Shown piece by piece: positions 30,861-45,175 of a stretch of 64,000 nt of DNA. Source of the stretch: the human T2T-CHM13v2.0 reference genome, Homo sapiens; the NCBI RefSeq assembly GCF_009914755.1, contig NC_060934.1. One strand, 5' to 3'. Both the position numbers and the translations under genes were made by a program. The stretch's first letter is position 1; each line of letters begins with the position of its first letter. Under the pieces are notes generated by a model. It worked only from the letters and a program-made list of their open reading frames with translations, was not told the DNA's origin and did not search any database.

Positions 30861-32205
30861 AATAACTCATGGAGGATCTTATGATGGACTCATGCAGCTG
30901 AATGGAACTATCCAGATCTCCCACTCCACCTATGTACACGTGAAGAAGCAGAAGCTGACTGGTCCAGTGGGTTACCTTAAGCCTGGAGATAGAGAACCAG
31001 AATCTCAGCCCCCTTACTCCAGTTTAGTGCTCTTTCCACCATTATGCATCCTGTGCTGTGAAACAACAGGACAACAGTTCATTTTCCTTGCTATTAAGTT
31101 TTTCTCTTGCCTTCTCCCTTATGTTGTGATTTCTTTTGGAAACATTTTAAGAAATGGTTTTTAATTTGAGCCTATCTCTTAACTTTTACACTTGAGATCA
31201 TTAAATTTACTTTGGCTACTGTTTTGAGCCAATTATCCATTTCAATGGGATTTCTAACATAACTTCAACAATCGATTGTAACACATTCTGAGAGGTCATT
31301 CCTAGATATGAAATTCCCTCCACTTTTTGTGGTCTATCCCAGCCTCCCCTTTGTCTTCAGAGTCAACCTATAGGTTCATGGTGAGAACCATTTCCTTTAA
31401 TAAGTCTATAATCTAGATAATTATTTTCTTATATTTCTGTGTTTAAAACAATGAAGTCAGCCTTAGTTTTATGTGAATGATATCTTATCCTTTAATTCCT
31501 TAAAACAGTAGTAGTTTTTGTTTTCCAGGATTCTGATAAGTTGCCATAATGTCTCTAAGTCTTGATGCTAAAAATATATTCCTTGCATAGTTGGAATTTT
31601 ATAAACCATGTACTTTTTTCATTTCTGTGAGTTTTCTCTTCTGAGATACTTTTCACTGTGCTTTTGAAGCCTTTCCTTCTTAAACTCTTAGGTTAGCCCT
31701 AATTATTTTTCTCTTGACTTGTGACTTTATGTTGCTTGTATCTTTTTTGAACTGTTGAATGCATTTTAAATTTCTAATTATTTTATCCTAATAAATTGTT
31801 CCCTATGGGGTTTATCATTTTCACTTTAGAGTGAGTAGGTCCTAATCTAATCTGATGTGTTTCTACTTGAGTATAATGAGACGATATCTATTCCAAATTA
31901 CATTTTCTTGAACTCTTTTAGGGACTATAAAGAGTGTATTATAGAGTGTTTTAATTAGATCTGAACTTGTCTAAGTCGCTGATTTTCTTTCTTGGACCAG
32001 TCTAGCTTTTGGTGACATCGAAAACTGAGCTTATTATAAACATTTATTACTGGGAAGAAGAAACACCATGACCTCTCAGACTGCCATCTTCCAGGAACCT
32101 TGCAGTCATAGTCATATTCGTTTTAAAATGATTAAAGCGTGCATAATTTTTTTTTTACTTTGGATGAAAACAAAATGGCTTATTTTTCTGTTTTCTTCTG
32201 ATAAG

Positions 32206-32373
32206 GTGATCCTGAAGATGTTGGAAAAATGACAACTGAAAACAACATTGTCGTAGACAAAAGTGACCTAATCCCAAAAGTGTTAACTTTGAATGTAGGT
32301 GATGAGTTTTGTGGTGTGGTTGCCCACATTCAAACACCAGAAGACTTCTTTTGTCAACAACTGCAAAGTGGCC
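32206..32373 (+). CDS. TDRD1: TDRD1 exon 12
   Basis: gataag|GT GAT...GGC C|gtaagt; DPEDVGK...PEDFFCQQLQSG. Confidence 0.94.
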
Positions 32374-32484
32374 GTAAGTCAGCTTTCTTGATTTGCTCTA
32401 TGAAGCTAAAATACTTCAAGAGACTTGACATGTAGAAATAATGTATAGATACGTATTTCTTTAAGATGTGATCTTTATCTGCAG

Positions 32485-32592
32485 GAAAGCTTGCTGAACT
32501 TCAGGCATCCCTTAGCAAGTACTGTGATCAGTTGCCTCCACGCTCTGATTTTTATCCAGCCATTGGTGATATATGTTGTGCTCAGTTCTCAG
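32485..32592 (+). CDS. TDRD1: TDRD1 exon 13
   Basis: ctgcag|GA AAG...TCA G|gtaagg; KLAELQASL...GDICCAQFS. Confidence 0.95.
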
Positions 32593-33490
32593 GTAAGGAC
32601 AGAGTATTACTGATTTTTAAAATTTATTTTTATTTATTTTTTACTTAGAATTGAGTAAAAACCATTGAAACAGAGTCTTTGGTTTGCACTGATGGCTGGA
32701 TTTAAAGCTTGAATATTAGAGTGAACCAATCATGTTTTTAAATAGATCAAATTAAACTGGTTGAAAGGAGTGTGGTCTGACCTGGGTAAGGGCAGAGCGT
32801 CTGTGTGTCAAGGAGGTGGAGATATAAAGGAGGTATTTTTGGTTATTTTGTCAGCCTTTTGGTTTTGGGGACTGGTAAAGATAATTTGGTTTAAGCTAAT
32901 AGGGGGATGTGGAACCTCCCCAGGTTCATATCTTCACCGGTTTTATTGAAATAGCAAGAGGGCCTGGAAGTGTGGAGCTGTCATGGTGCAGCTTTTGGAC
33001 GGCACAAGTCCTGCCTTGCGATAACCAGGTTCTGTTACTCTCTGCCGAAGAGAGGCCCGGTGGCCTCATGGAAGGGGAGACGCAGTAATCCTTCAGTAAA
33101 TTCATCACTTGGTTAGTGGAGTCTGGTTGACTCATGCTTGCCAGGTGTTTTAAAACTAGTCTTGCTATTGAATGCTTCATGTATTGATTGAGACCTTGTG
33201 ATTCACATGATCAGGATATGTTCTCTGTACTAATGAGCTAACTCTACTGGAGAGACAAGGCATGTAAACTAATGATTACAGCGTAAGACATAATTACTAT
33301 AGTAAGCTATTAATATTACATTTTAGGAGTTGAAGGCTTCTGATAAGCAAAATTAGTAAACATTGTTCTATAAGCTTGATATCTATTAAAGAAAAATCTA
33401 TAAATGACCATCTCTAAGTTGAGGAAGAAAGGTTTTTATTTACATCTACAGTGGAAAAATCATTTGAGATTGAGTCTCTCCCTTTTTCAG

Positions 33491-33661
33491 AGGATGATCA
33501 GTGGTACCGTGCCTCTGTTTTGGCTTACGCTTCTGAAGAATCTGTACTGGTCGGATATGTAGATTATGGAAACTTTGAAATCCTTAGTTTGATGAGACTT
33601 TGTCCCATAATCCCAAAGTTGTTGGAATTGCCAATGCAAGCTATAAAGTGTGTACTAGCAG
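33491..33661 (+). CDS. TDRD1: TDRD1 exon 14 (Tudor 2 core)
   Basis: tttcag|AG GAT...GCA G|gtatga; DDQWYRA...YVDYGN...AIKCVLA. Confidence 0.96.
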
Positions 33662-34689
33662 GTATGAAATTTTTATAGCCTCCATATTCTTTAAAAATTC
33701 TACAGATGAAGAAACATGAAAAGATACACGAAATAGGGAAAAGCTGCTTCTCAAAACAACATCATGATCAGATGCTTAAAAGTTACTATAAATGTCATTT
33801 ATCCCAAAGAAATCAGAGATTTCTTTCCATGTCAATTAGTTGGCTTCATTCAAACGTACCATAATTTAGAAAGAATATCCTATCTCAGAGGGCATTACAT
33901 TTGCAGCATATCCAAGATCTTTTCCTCAGGCTGTGTTGCAAGATATAGTTATATCCCAAAATACTTCCTTAGGCTACATTCCCACAGGTGGAACAGGTCA
34001 GTAAGTCTCCTTCTTTTCATGTTTGTGATACATATTGTACATTTTCTTCCAGAAAGGGTTGACCTAGTTTACATGCCCAACGAAAAAGTATGAGAGAGTC
34101 CATTCTCATACACATTGGTGCATCAAAGGGTTGCTTCTATATTATTTCATCCTGGCCAATTTTGATAAGCTAAAGGTGAAATTTCAATTCGCCTCATTAC
34201 TAGTGAGGCTAAACATTGTTTTGTAAGTTACTTGGCCCTTGCATTTCGTAAACTGACTGAAGCATAACTGTTGGATTGCTGATTTGTAAGTGCCCTTTCA
34301 GTGTTGAGTTGTAAGTGCCACCAATGTTTCATATGTTAATATAAGGGACCAGTACTTCTTCAGAGATTGTTTTATACTTTTGTTTATGGCTTTCTTAATT
34401 TTATTGGGCTATAATTTTCCTACCTACCATAATGTTCACTTTAGGTGTTAACTATACAATTCAGTAATTCTCAGTAAACTTACTGAGTTGTACAAACATC
34501 ACCGTAATCTGATTTAGAACATTTCCATCACCCTGGTATGGTCTCTCGTGCCTATTAATGGTTAGTCCTTGCTCCCCAGGTAATAACTAATCTACTTTCT
34601 GGCTCTGTAGATTTGTGTTTCTGGACATTGTGTATCAATGGAATTACGTGGTTTTTGTTTTACATATTATAGAAGCTTTTTACAAGCTT

Positions 34690-34800
34690 TTGCTTTTTCT
34701 TTTTTTTCTTGGTAGAGATGTGAGTCTGGCCATGTTGCCCAGTCTGGTCTCAAATCGGCCTCGGCCTCCCGGCGTGCTGGAATGAACCATTGCCCACCAG
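34690..34800 (-). mobile_element. Degenerate Alu monomer
   Basis: gtagagatg...gccatgttgcccag...cctcggcctccc. Confidence 0.65.
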
Positions 34801-34970
34801 CAGGCTTTTTCTTTGTTAATTATGCATTCATTTTTATGTTCTTCTTAAGTGACACGTTTCCGTTCCAGTGTTTGCCATAGGTTTCTTAAGTTTACCTTGG
34901 GGGAAATTAGGAGCTAAATTTCTAAATGCTTTCAGAATAATTGTAACATTCATTCAAAATTCTTTGTTAG

Positions 34971-35213
34971 GAGTAAAGCCATCATTAGGAATTTGGACTC
35001 CAGAAGCTATTTGTCTCATGAAAAAACTTGTACAGAACAAAATAATCACAGTGAAAGTGGTGGACAAGTTGGAAAACAGTTCCCTGGTGGAGCTTATTGA
35101 TAAATCCGAGACGCCTCATGTCAGTGTTAGCAAAGTTCTCCTAGATGCAGGCTTTGCTGTGGGAGAACAGAGTATGGTGACAGATAAACCCAGTGACGTG
35201 AAAGAAACCAGTG
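34971..35213 (+). CDS. TDRD1: TDRD1 exon 15
   Basis: tgttag|GA GTA...AGT G|gtaagt; VKPSLGIW...KETS. Confidence 0.95.
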
Positions 35214-35601
35214 GTAAGTCAAATGTTTACTGGATAATGCCTGTTCTGGAGTTCAGATGGTTCTATAAATAAATAGTTTCTTGTACTTATAAAAAGAATT
35301 TATGTTGAATGCCTTTCATCTTTTTAAATCAAGCATTCATCTAAATACTTGTAAGAATGTTTGAAAAATAAAATTTTATGGGGAGTTTTATAGGTTGCCA
35401 GCAGCTGATGATCAGAAATGTAAATTTGAAATTTACTTAGATAATAATTTATTGTAAGACTGACTTTACGGTTAATATTCCTATAAAGGCACTTAAAAAG
35501 TCAGTGGAAATTCAGTTCTTCAAAAGCGGGTTCCTCAGCCACCCCAACCTCGCTACATCCCTCCTCCACTATGTCCATTTAATGTTTAATTATTTTCACA
35601 G

Positions 35602-35739
35602 TTCCCTTGGGTGTGGAAGGAAAAGTAAATCCATTGGAGTGGACATGGGTTGAACTTGGTGTTGACCAAACAGTAGATGTTGTGGTCTGTGTGATATATA
35701 GTCCTGGAGAATTTTATTGCCATGTGCTTAAAGAGGATG
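35602..35739 (+). CDS. TDRD1: TDRD1 exon 16
   Basis: tcacag|TT CCC...GAT G|gtaagt; PLGVEG...PGEFYCHVLKED. Confidence 0.95.
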
Positions 35740-36004
35740 GTAAGTTGATTCTTGTCATTTGTTTCTTTTTACAAATACATTGGCATAGATAATAACTTCA
35801 CATGAGTTTGTTACTAAGTGATAAAAGTACCTCTTTCCAAGAAGAGCCAAGTGGTATTTGTATTTCCAAGAAAGATTTGGTTATACTTAGTTAGCTTTTA
35901 TTCTCTTTTAAGCCATTATTTCTATTTTCAACAATACCTCTTTATATTTAAACTAGTTTACATTTCATAGAGTATCTCCTAAATTCATTTACAGAAATTA
36001 ATTC

Positions 36005-36180
36005 GGCCTGGTATAGTGGCTCACTCCTATAATCCTAACACTTTGGGAGGCTGAGGCAAGAGGATGACGAGGCCAAGAACTCAAGGGTGCGGTGAGGCTT
36101 GATCATACCAGTGTACTCCAGCCTGGGCAGCAGAGCTAGACCGTGTCTCTGGAAAACAAACAAACAAACAAAAAACAAAT
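36005..36180 (+). mobile_element. Alu monomer with (CAAA)n tail
   Basis: Single arm. Confidence 0.82.
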
Positions 36181-36189
36181 TTAACTTGT

Positions 36190-37190
<1,001 letters not shown>

Positions 37191-37649
37191 ATTGATCTTA
37201 AGTTTTCCAAATATTGGTTTTTCTTTGTCAAATAAGGACATTAAAGTAGATAACTAAGGCCCTGTCTGACCCCATAGTTGTGAGATTTGTCATTTCTTCA
37301 TTCAGAATCATCTGGTTGGTAGGCCACCATTCCATATAGGATAAAATTTACAGTTTTGAAGTTCCTTTTTATTTTTAAAGGTGATTATACAAACATAATA
37401 TAAAAATTCTAAAGATGAAGAAGGAAACATGAAAACATGTTTCAAAAGTGTATATAGTGCAAAGTAAGTTTCCTGGTTCCTCTTCTCAATTTTCCAAATA
37501 TTTTTTCAGAGATACTCTATACATATGCTTGTATGAGTATATATAATCCTTTTCTATATCTATCAACAGTATAAAATGGTAAGTAATTTTTGCATTTTTT
37601 CTTCCACTACATTTTGGATATCAGTTCACATACTGTTTTCTCCAGTCTC

Positions 37650-37890
37650 TTTTTAAATAACAGTTTTTATTTTGGAATAATTTTAGGTATACAGAAAGTC
37701 ACAAAGATGGTACATAGAGTTCCTGTATACACCTCACCCAGCTTCTCCTGTAGTTAGCATGTGATCGTGGCACATTTGTCGCAACAAAGAGACCAACAGT
37801 GGTATATTACCATTAAATGAACCCCAAACTTTATTTGGTTTTTGCTAGATTTTTCACTAGTGTCCTTTTTCTGTTCAGGAGCCACTCTGT
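37650..37890 (-). mobile_element. L1M 3' end fragment
   Basis: agagttcctgtatacacctcacccagcttctcc motif. Confidence 0.65.
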
Positions 37891-39169
37891 GACACCACAT
37901 TGCTGTTTAGTCTCTATTCTTTTTCATGGCTACATGGTATTCCACTGTGTGGGTTTATCCTAATTTAATTAACCTAAGTTAACATCTAGTTGCTCCACAT
38001 CCTCACAAACATTGTGTTTTTTCTTTTTTGTTTGAGCCATTCTGATGAGCATCATTGATCTTAACTTTTCCAAATCTTGGTTTTTCTTTGTTAAATAAGG
38101 ACATTAAACTAGATAACTAAGGTCCTATCTGACCCCATGGTTGTGAGATTTAACCTAAGTGTGGATACACACTACTAAGTGTGGATAAATACAGGATTAG
38201 TGGTTTCCAAGCTTTTATTACTAAAACAAATCCTTGTACTGTGATTTTTACTTTAGGAGTAGATCTCTGGGACAAGTTGCTAAAATTGTAATGAGAGTAT
38301 TAGGTCAAAGGAATATGTGTATTTGTGCTTTTGAGAGCTAGTGTTCTTCAGAGGCCAGCCAAACAATCCCCCAGCAGCAGAGTGTATCATTGTCTATTGT
38401 GTGTCCTTAAACTTTATTTAGCCTAATCTGAAAGGTGAAACATCTGAAACATTAGAATTTATTTTCCATTTTAGTAAATGAGCCTTTGTCACATTCTTAA
38501 AAGGCATTTGCTTTTCTTTTACTACTACTAAGTGGTTTAGATCCCTTCTGCATTCAGAAGCTCTCCATGGTCTGCATTTTGCAGGGACAGCTCCAATGTC
38601 TCTCTCCAGTGGCCACTTCTCCACTTCTGCGCTTCGCTAGCCTGCTGCCCACTTTTGGTTGCCTAATTTCATAATTCTGTCCTTTGTCTGAGAGCCATGT
38701 CTTCCTTCTGGAAATACCCTCTCCTTCAAATGTGATGTACTTTGTATTTCTGTATGAAACCTCCAGCACGCAGAGCTCATGAGCTCTGACTTCTTATACA
38801 TTACCTGTGCCATCCATTTAGTGATTATAGTCACTTTCAGGACAGCTTTTATGTAGCTTCTGTATGGGCTTGTATGCTGTTTTCTTATCTCCCTGCAAAG
38901 TTCATGCTTTAGTGTACTGATAATCATGCTGTAATTGTTTCTTTTTGCCCAGTAAATCGTTGGTGTTGGGTTTATTGAAAGTATTAACTAAATAACAACT
39001 TATTTGCCCAGTAGTTTTTTAATAAGGAAAAGCATTGGGTAGACTTAATAGTAGTTTAGGGAGGTACCTGTCTTGATCATAAAAATCACGTTTTCTGACT
39101 TTAAAGGAAAATCTGTGTTGTTTATTTTTTAATATGTTCTTAATTTTTTAATCCTATGTGTATTTTCAG

Positions 39170-39280
39170 CTTTAAAGAAACTCAATGATTTGAACAAGTC
39201 ATTAGCAGAACACTGCCAGCAGAAGTTACCTAATGGTTTCAAGGCAGAGATAGGACAACCTTGTTGTGCTTTTTTTGCAG
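39170..39280 (+). CDS. TDRD1: TDRD1 exon 17
   Basis: tttcag|CT TTA...GCA G|gtaagt; LKKLNDLNKSL...GQPCCAFFA. Confidence 0.95.
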
Positions 39281-40038
39281 GTAAGTTGCAATTGATGCAA
39301 TCTTGACTTTTAGAACCTTATATTTCTTAACTTAACCTTATTTTTAGTGCACATTTTCTTAATGCTTAAGCAAACATTTTTCATGGCCAAGAATGAATGA
39401 ATGCTTACAATGTCATGTGTTTTTCCTTCTCTTTGTAACAAGGAACTTACAAGTGATACTTTCTTGCCTTAACTTTATTAAACATTATTTTAATGCTTTT
39501 CTTTCCAGAATTTCTGTTAATATTAAAATAACTTAGCTCATGGAAGCGCTGTTCACAGCAGGTTCATTGTTTCTTCTGGTTACTATAAGTATTTACAGTA
39601 TTTTGAAAATGTAATTGAGACATCTTCATTACAATAATTTTTTTACTATTTACTACTTAAATTATTTTACCACATAACAAGTAAAATAATCTGAGCCATT
39701 AGTACCAAGAGTATTATACATCTCCAAAACTGACAAGTATATTCAAGTCTTATCTTCACCTTCACATTCTGTTTATTGGATAGGTTATGAATGAAATCTT
39801 TAATTCATATCAAATGTAAAAGTATGGCACTATACATTTTGGAGATAGTCTAAAAATAGATTTTGAGAATTCTTTCATTCTAGAGATTTTTGAATTTTGA
39901 AAAATGAAAGGCGTGATTTGGGAAAGTAAGCAAATTTATTACCTACTTTTAGACAAAGGGTGGCTTTTTTCAAGATAAGTATTTCAAGTGTCGATAGAAA
40001 GGAAATGTTCCATGTCACAAACTGTGTGTTAAACCTAG

Positions 40039-40209
40039 GTGATGGTAGTTGGTATCGTGCTTTAGTCAAGGAAATCTTACCAAATGGACATGTTAAAGTA
40101 CATTTTGTGGATTATGGAAACATCGAAGAAGTTACTGCAGATGAACTCCGAATGATATCATCAACATTTTTAAACCTTCCCTTTCAGGGAATACGGTGCC
40201 AGTTAGCAG
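40039..40209 (+). CDS. TDRD1: TDRD1 exon 18 (Tudor 3 core)
   Basis: acctag|GT GAT...GCA G|gtatgg; DGSWYRA...FVDYGN...GIRCQLA. Confidence 0.95.
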
Positions 40210-40599
40210 GTATGGTATACAATAAGAAACTTTCTCAACTTTCTAATACTTGGGGCATATAATCCAAGTGTTAATATCTACAATGTTAACATTTCGTGTG
40301 AGTTAGAGGATCCTGCTTCATATTATAAAACTTAGAAATTTTACTTACAATATTGACCAAAAACGTCCAGTGTTGTCAGAGTAGGGAAGCGGCTCCTTTA
40401 CTGACCACAGGAATAAAAACTGCACGATCCTCTGGAAGGCATTGGCAGGATTCCTTAAGAACCTCCAGCGTTCATACCTTCTGACTTAGTAATTTTGCTC
40501 CTAGTAATTTATCCCAGAGAAATCCAGGAATTGCACAGAATAGGTTACAAAAATAATTATTACACCACTGATAATAATGGCAAAATAACATAAATAGTC

Positions 40600-41000
40600 A
40601 ATAATAGCAGATTGGGTAAATGATCCATAAAATGGATAATGATAGTACTTATTTTGTAGGGTTGTTGGGAGGATTAAATGAAGGTTTAGGACAGGGTCTG
40701 GCACTCAAAGTTCTACATGTTTAGCTGTCTATTGCACAGTCATTAAGATGATGTTAAATATGTGTTATTGATATGAAGAATTGTTCATGATTTAAGTGAA
40801 GAAAACAGGTTATAAAAGAGTGTTGTGATAAAGACAATAGACGTCAGAGCCAACTGCTGCTTGCTGTCTATGAGACGTTTAGGCAAATTATTTAAACTTT
40901 CTGTGCTTCTGTTTCCTCATCTGGAAATTATTCCTACCTTCCTCAAAGAGTTGTTAAGAGAAAAATATAAAGCACTTAACAGTGCTTGGCATTATACCTA
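40600..41000. mobile_element. MIR fragments
   Basis: agggttgttgggaggattaaatga; ggcaaattatttaaactttctgtgcttctgtttcctcatctg. Confidence 0.65.
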
Positions 41001-41203
41001 TAGTAGCGGTTATTATAAAAACTTTATAATAGAATATATAAGAGAATGTGTGTATATGTGTGTATTTTGGACATCTGCACATAAAAGTTGTGGCTGGTTG
41101 GATTCCAAAATTCAACAGTGGTAAAGTCAGGCAGCATAGATGGATTTATTTCTTCTGCTAATCTGTTTCTGTTTATTTTATAATATATTTCAGATTATTG
41201 TTC

Positions 41204-41739
<536 letters not shown>

Positions 41740-42192
41740 CTAAGAAAACAAGGGTGTAAGCCAAAATTATCCAAGAAAAATAATTTTTGCTTACATAATG
41801 AAAAACATTTTGAAGTTATTAGAAAACTCTCCACAAAGGTGGCAGTATATCAGCTGACATCTTCTACCAGCATAATGGTTAACTCATACATAACAGAACA
41901 TGATGGTGAATTCTAAAACAGTACTCCTTTTTCTATTGGAAAATGCCCGGTAAAGATATGTTAGCAGAGAACGTAAGGAAAGATCCTGAGCCTCCTAAAA
42001 CCCTAGAGTGTATTAGCAAGTGCATTATCTCTTAAGTCAGGCATGCAGGATGTAGGTGTATAATTGAATATTGAAGATACTGAGAATTGCTGACCTGAAA
42101 GTAAACTTGGCAAAGACCTGGTGCTGGGTACTACTAAAGCAAAAATGAAACTTGTTCATAGGATTCTTTTTACTGCTGTCCTTATTTTCTAG

Positions 42193-42468
42193 ATATACAG
42201 TCTAGAAACAAACATTGGTCTGAAGAAGCCATAACAAGATTCCAGATGTGTGTTGCTGGGATAAAATTGCAAGCCAGAGTGGTTGAAGTCACTGAAAATG
42301 GGATAGGAGTTGAACTCACCGATCTCTCCACTTGTTATCCCAGAATAATTAGTGATGTTCTGATTGATGAACATCTGGTTTTAAAATCTGCTTCACCACA
42401 TAAAGACTTACCAAATGACAGACTTGTTAATAAACATGAGCTTCAAGTTCATGTACAGGGACTTCAAG
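42193..42468 (+). CDS. TDRD1: TDRD1 exon 19
   Basis: ttctag|AT ATA...CAA G|gtaaca; IQSRNKHWSEE...VQGLQ. Confidence 0.95.
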
Positions 42469-42981
42469 GTAACATTTTAAAACCATTTATTTGTTTAAAT
42501 TTGTTATTCTTTGCTCTCAGAGACTATGAAAAATTTTCCATCATAAATGACAGTTTTCCTGTAGAGATATGCTTTACGGACATAGATTAGTAGGTTAATA
42601 TTGTATTATTATTAAATTATTGAACAAACATTCATTTCAATGTAATTGTCAGATAAACATATACAGAGATATCTCACTTAGAAGCTTGAGTAAGTTGTAA
42701 GAATTATATTAAATATTTGACAGAGATGGAAATATACAGAAATAAACTACAGGAGTGTAATAGTTCAAGGATTTCATTGTAGACTGAACTTTTTCGTACT
42801 GCCCACAAAATCCCTCAAATAGAATAGATTGTTTTGTGAAAAAATACAGATTTTTATTTTGGGGATTTGGAAATGTTGATAATCATTTCATGAACAAATG
42901 ATTGAATTAAATATGTTACTGAGGAAAACAACAGTACATTTTTTTTATTCCGTGTGAGACCTGTGTTTTGTATGTTTCCAG

Positions 42982-43101
42982 CTACCTCTTCAGCTGAGCA
43001 ATGGAAGACGATAGAATTGCCAGTGGATAAAACTATACAAGCAAATGTATTAGAAATCATAAGCCCAAACTTGTTTTATGCTCTACCAAAAGGGATGCCA
43101 G
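42982..43101 (+). CDS. TDRD1: TDRD1 exon 20
   Basis: ttccag|CT ACC...CCA G|gtaaga; TSSAEQW...PNLFYALPKGMP. Confidence 0.95.
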
Positions 43102-44211
43102 GTAAGAAACCAAAATTTGAGACATATTTATGCTCATCTTTTAAACTGTAAAACGAAAGTGCTGGTCTTGAATTCCTTTGGGAATGAAGGGGAGAAAGAG
43201 GCTCACTGTTTTAAGGAAGAACTGATCATAACACTTAAGGCAAATTTAGTTACGAAACACTAGCGGGAACATGAAGGGAAGCCCTACTACAGTCAGCACC
43301 TACCTGCCCAGTAGCCTGGTCTACAGCTTTTTATAACAGAAGTGTCCTTAATTACTGTATAATTTCTTGTTTAAAAAACACATTATCTATATTGAATCAT
43401 ATTTACTGCTTTAGATATATCGAAAGACTTTGTAATCCATTCATAATCATAGCTTTACTATACCTTAGAGACGTAGAGAAATGTTTCACACTAGAACGAA
43501 TCTTGAAGAAAAGTAGCATATAAAAATTTATTTTTAATTTTCCTTTTGTTGTTTCATGGAAGTTGCAATTAAGGAATCTCTTAAATGTATATGACTTTAT
43601 CCTTGTAGTATCTGAAGATGAGTTAGTGCAAGCTGAGTGCTGTCTTTTTAGAATAATTTGCAGGCACTTTTAAAGCTGAAAAAATGAAACTTTTGTTTCA
43701 AATTTTCAAAGTTAGAACTGTGGTAATGCCAATAACTGCTCTTAAATTTATCTCTAATACTACAAAAGGATCTTTATTCTGTGTACTAAAAAGCAGGAGC
43801 TTAGGGTTATTTGATCCTGACAACATGTTGTATGATGAATTGGAAATGCTATTGAGGATAATTTTATTAAGTATAACACTTACTGAAAAGTACACTAAAC
43901 AATTGTAAAAATACAGCTTAATAAGTTTTCACAGAGTGAACAAACCAGTATAACCACCTTGATCAAGTAGTTGATCCACCGGAGGCTTCCTCCCTGCCCA
44001 CTCCCGGTATTGATTGCATCCCTTTTGCAAATGGCAACCAATAGTGGGTATATTTTCAAGTATCATGTATATTTTATATACATGTATATATTTTAAATAT
44101 ATTTTAATACACAAAGGGTTTTTGGATTGATTAGACTTGCCATTCTTTTGTATAGTGTTAATAGTAGCACTGGAAATTTTCTTCACAAAAGATTGCTTTT
44201 ATATATTTTAG

Positions 44212-44328
44212 AAAATCAGGAAAAGCTGTGCATGTTGACAGCTGAATTATTAGAATACTGCAATGCTCCGAAAAGTCGACCACCCTATAGACCAAGAATT
44301 GGAGACGCATGCTGTGCCAAATACACAA
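44212..44328 (+). CDS. TDRD1: TDRD1 exon 21
   Basis: ttttag|AA AAT...ACA A|gtaagg; NQEKL...GDACCAKYT. Confidence 0.95.
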
Positions 44329-44809
44329 GTAAGGTTCTTTTAGGGAAAATATTTGAGGGAAGGTATTTAGTCTGTTTTGTTCTACATGATACTATGTAGA
44401 TTTTGGTATTTTAGCTGCATATTTCATTTGGTTTAGGGAGAGAAATTAAGGAAGGCAGTGTTGTGGATTTAATTCATATGTTGGTCATTCAGCTTTTCGA
44501 TTCTATATAGATTATTTTTAGGCAAGGATATAGGTAGATTTCTACAAATCTGTCAGTACTTACAGATAACCAGCTCGAGATAACCACACTATTCTAGTGG
44601 ATCAGTCACATTACATTTCTTTATGGAGGGGTTGCAAAGAATTCATAGGGTTCCATATGTGAATGTACTAAAAGAAGGATGGAATGCCTCAGGGAGTCAG
44701 GCTCATTGATGAGGGTATACTTTGATCCTTCTCCGTTTTAATGTCTCATTTTAACAAATTTCGTATGCTAATATAAATAACACTTGGATTTGCTTCTGGG
44801 ATCAAGGTT

Positions 44810-45175
44810 AAGTGGGAGTGGAGCCAGGTTACAGTGCTGCTTCATGGTCCACAGTCAGGTCCAATTGGCAGGCAAGCATGGCTCCTGCCAGTCCCTGGGC
44901 AGAGGTGGCTAGTGGCAGGATGGCAGCCACGTGGGGCTAGAGCTGAGTTCACCTGGGGACAGGGCTGCTTTCAGTCAATAGCTGGGAACAAGGTCTTGAA
45001 AGTCTGCCACTGGGGCACAGGCCTGCCTTCTCAAAGAGCCTTCCTCAATCTTGGGCTCCAGTGGCGTTTCAAAACCCCCCATCTGGATCCCAAACCTCTC
45101 ACAAAGGCATTTTTGTGATTAGATGGGCACCAAATTGTTTTTGTTGGGGAGCACAAGTTGGGGACCTTCAAACTT
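44810..45175 (-). mobile_element. L1M 5'-region fragment
   Basis: ggatcccaaacctctcacaaaggcatttttgt motif of old L1 5' ends. Confidence 0.5.
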
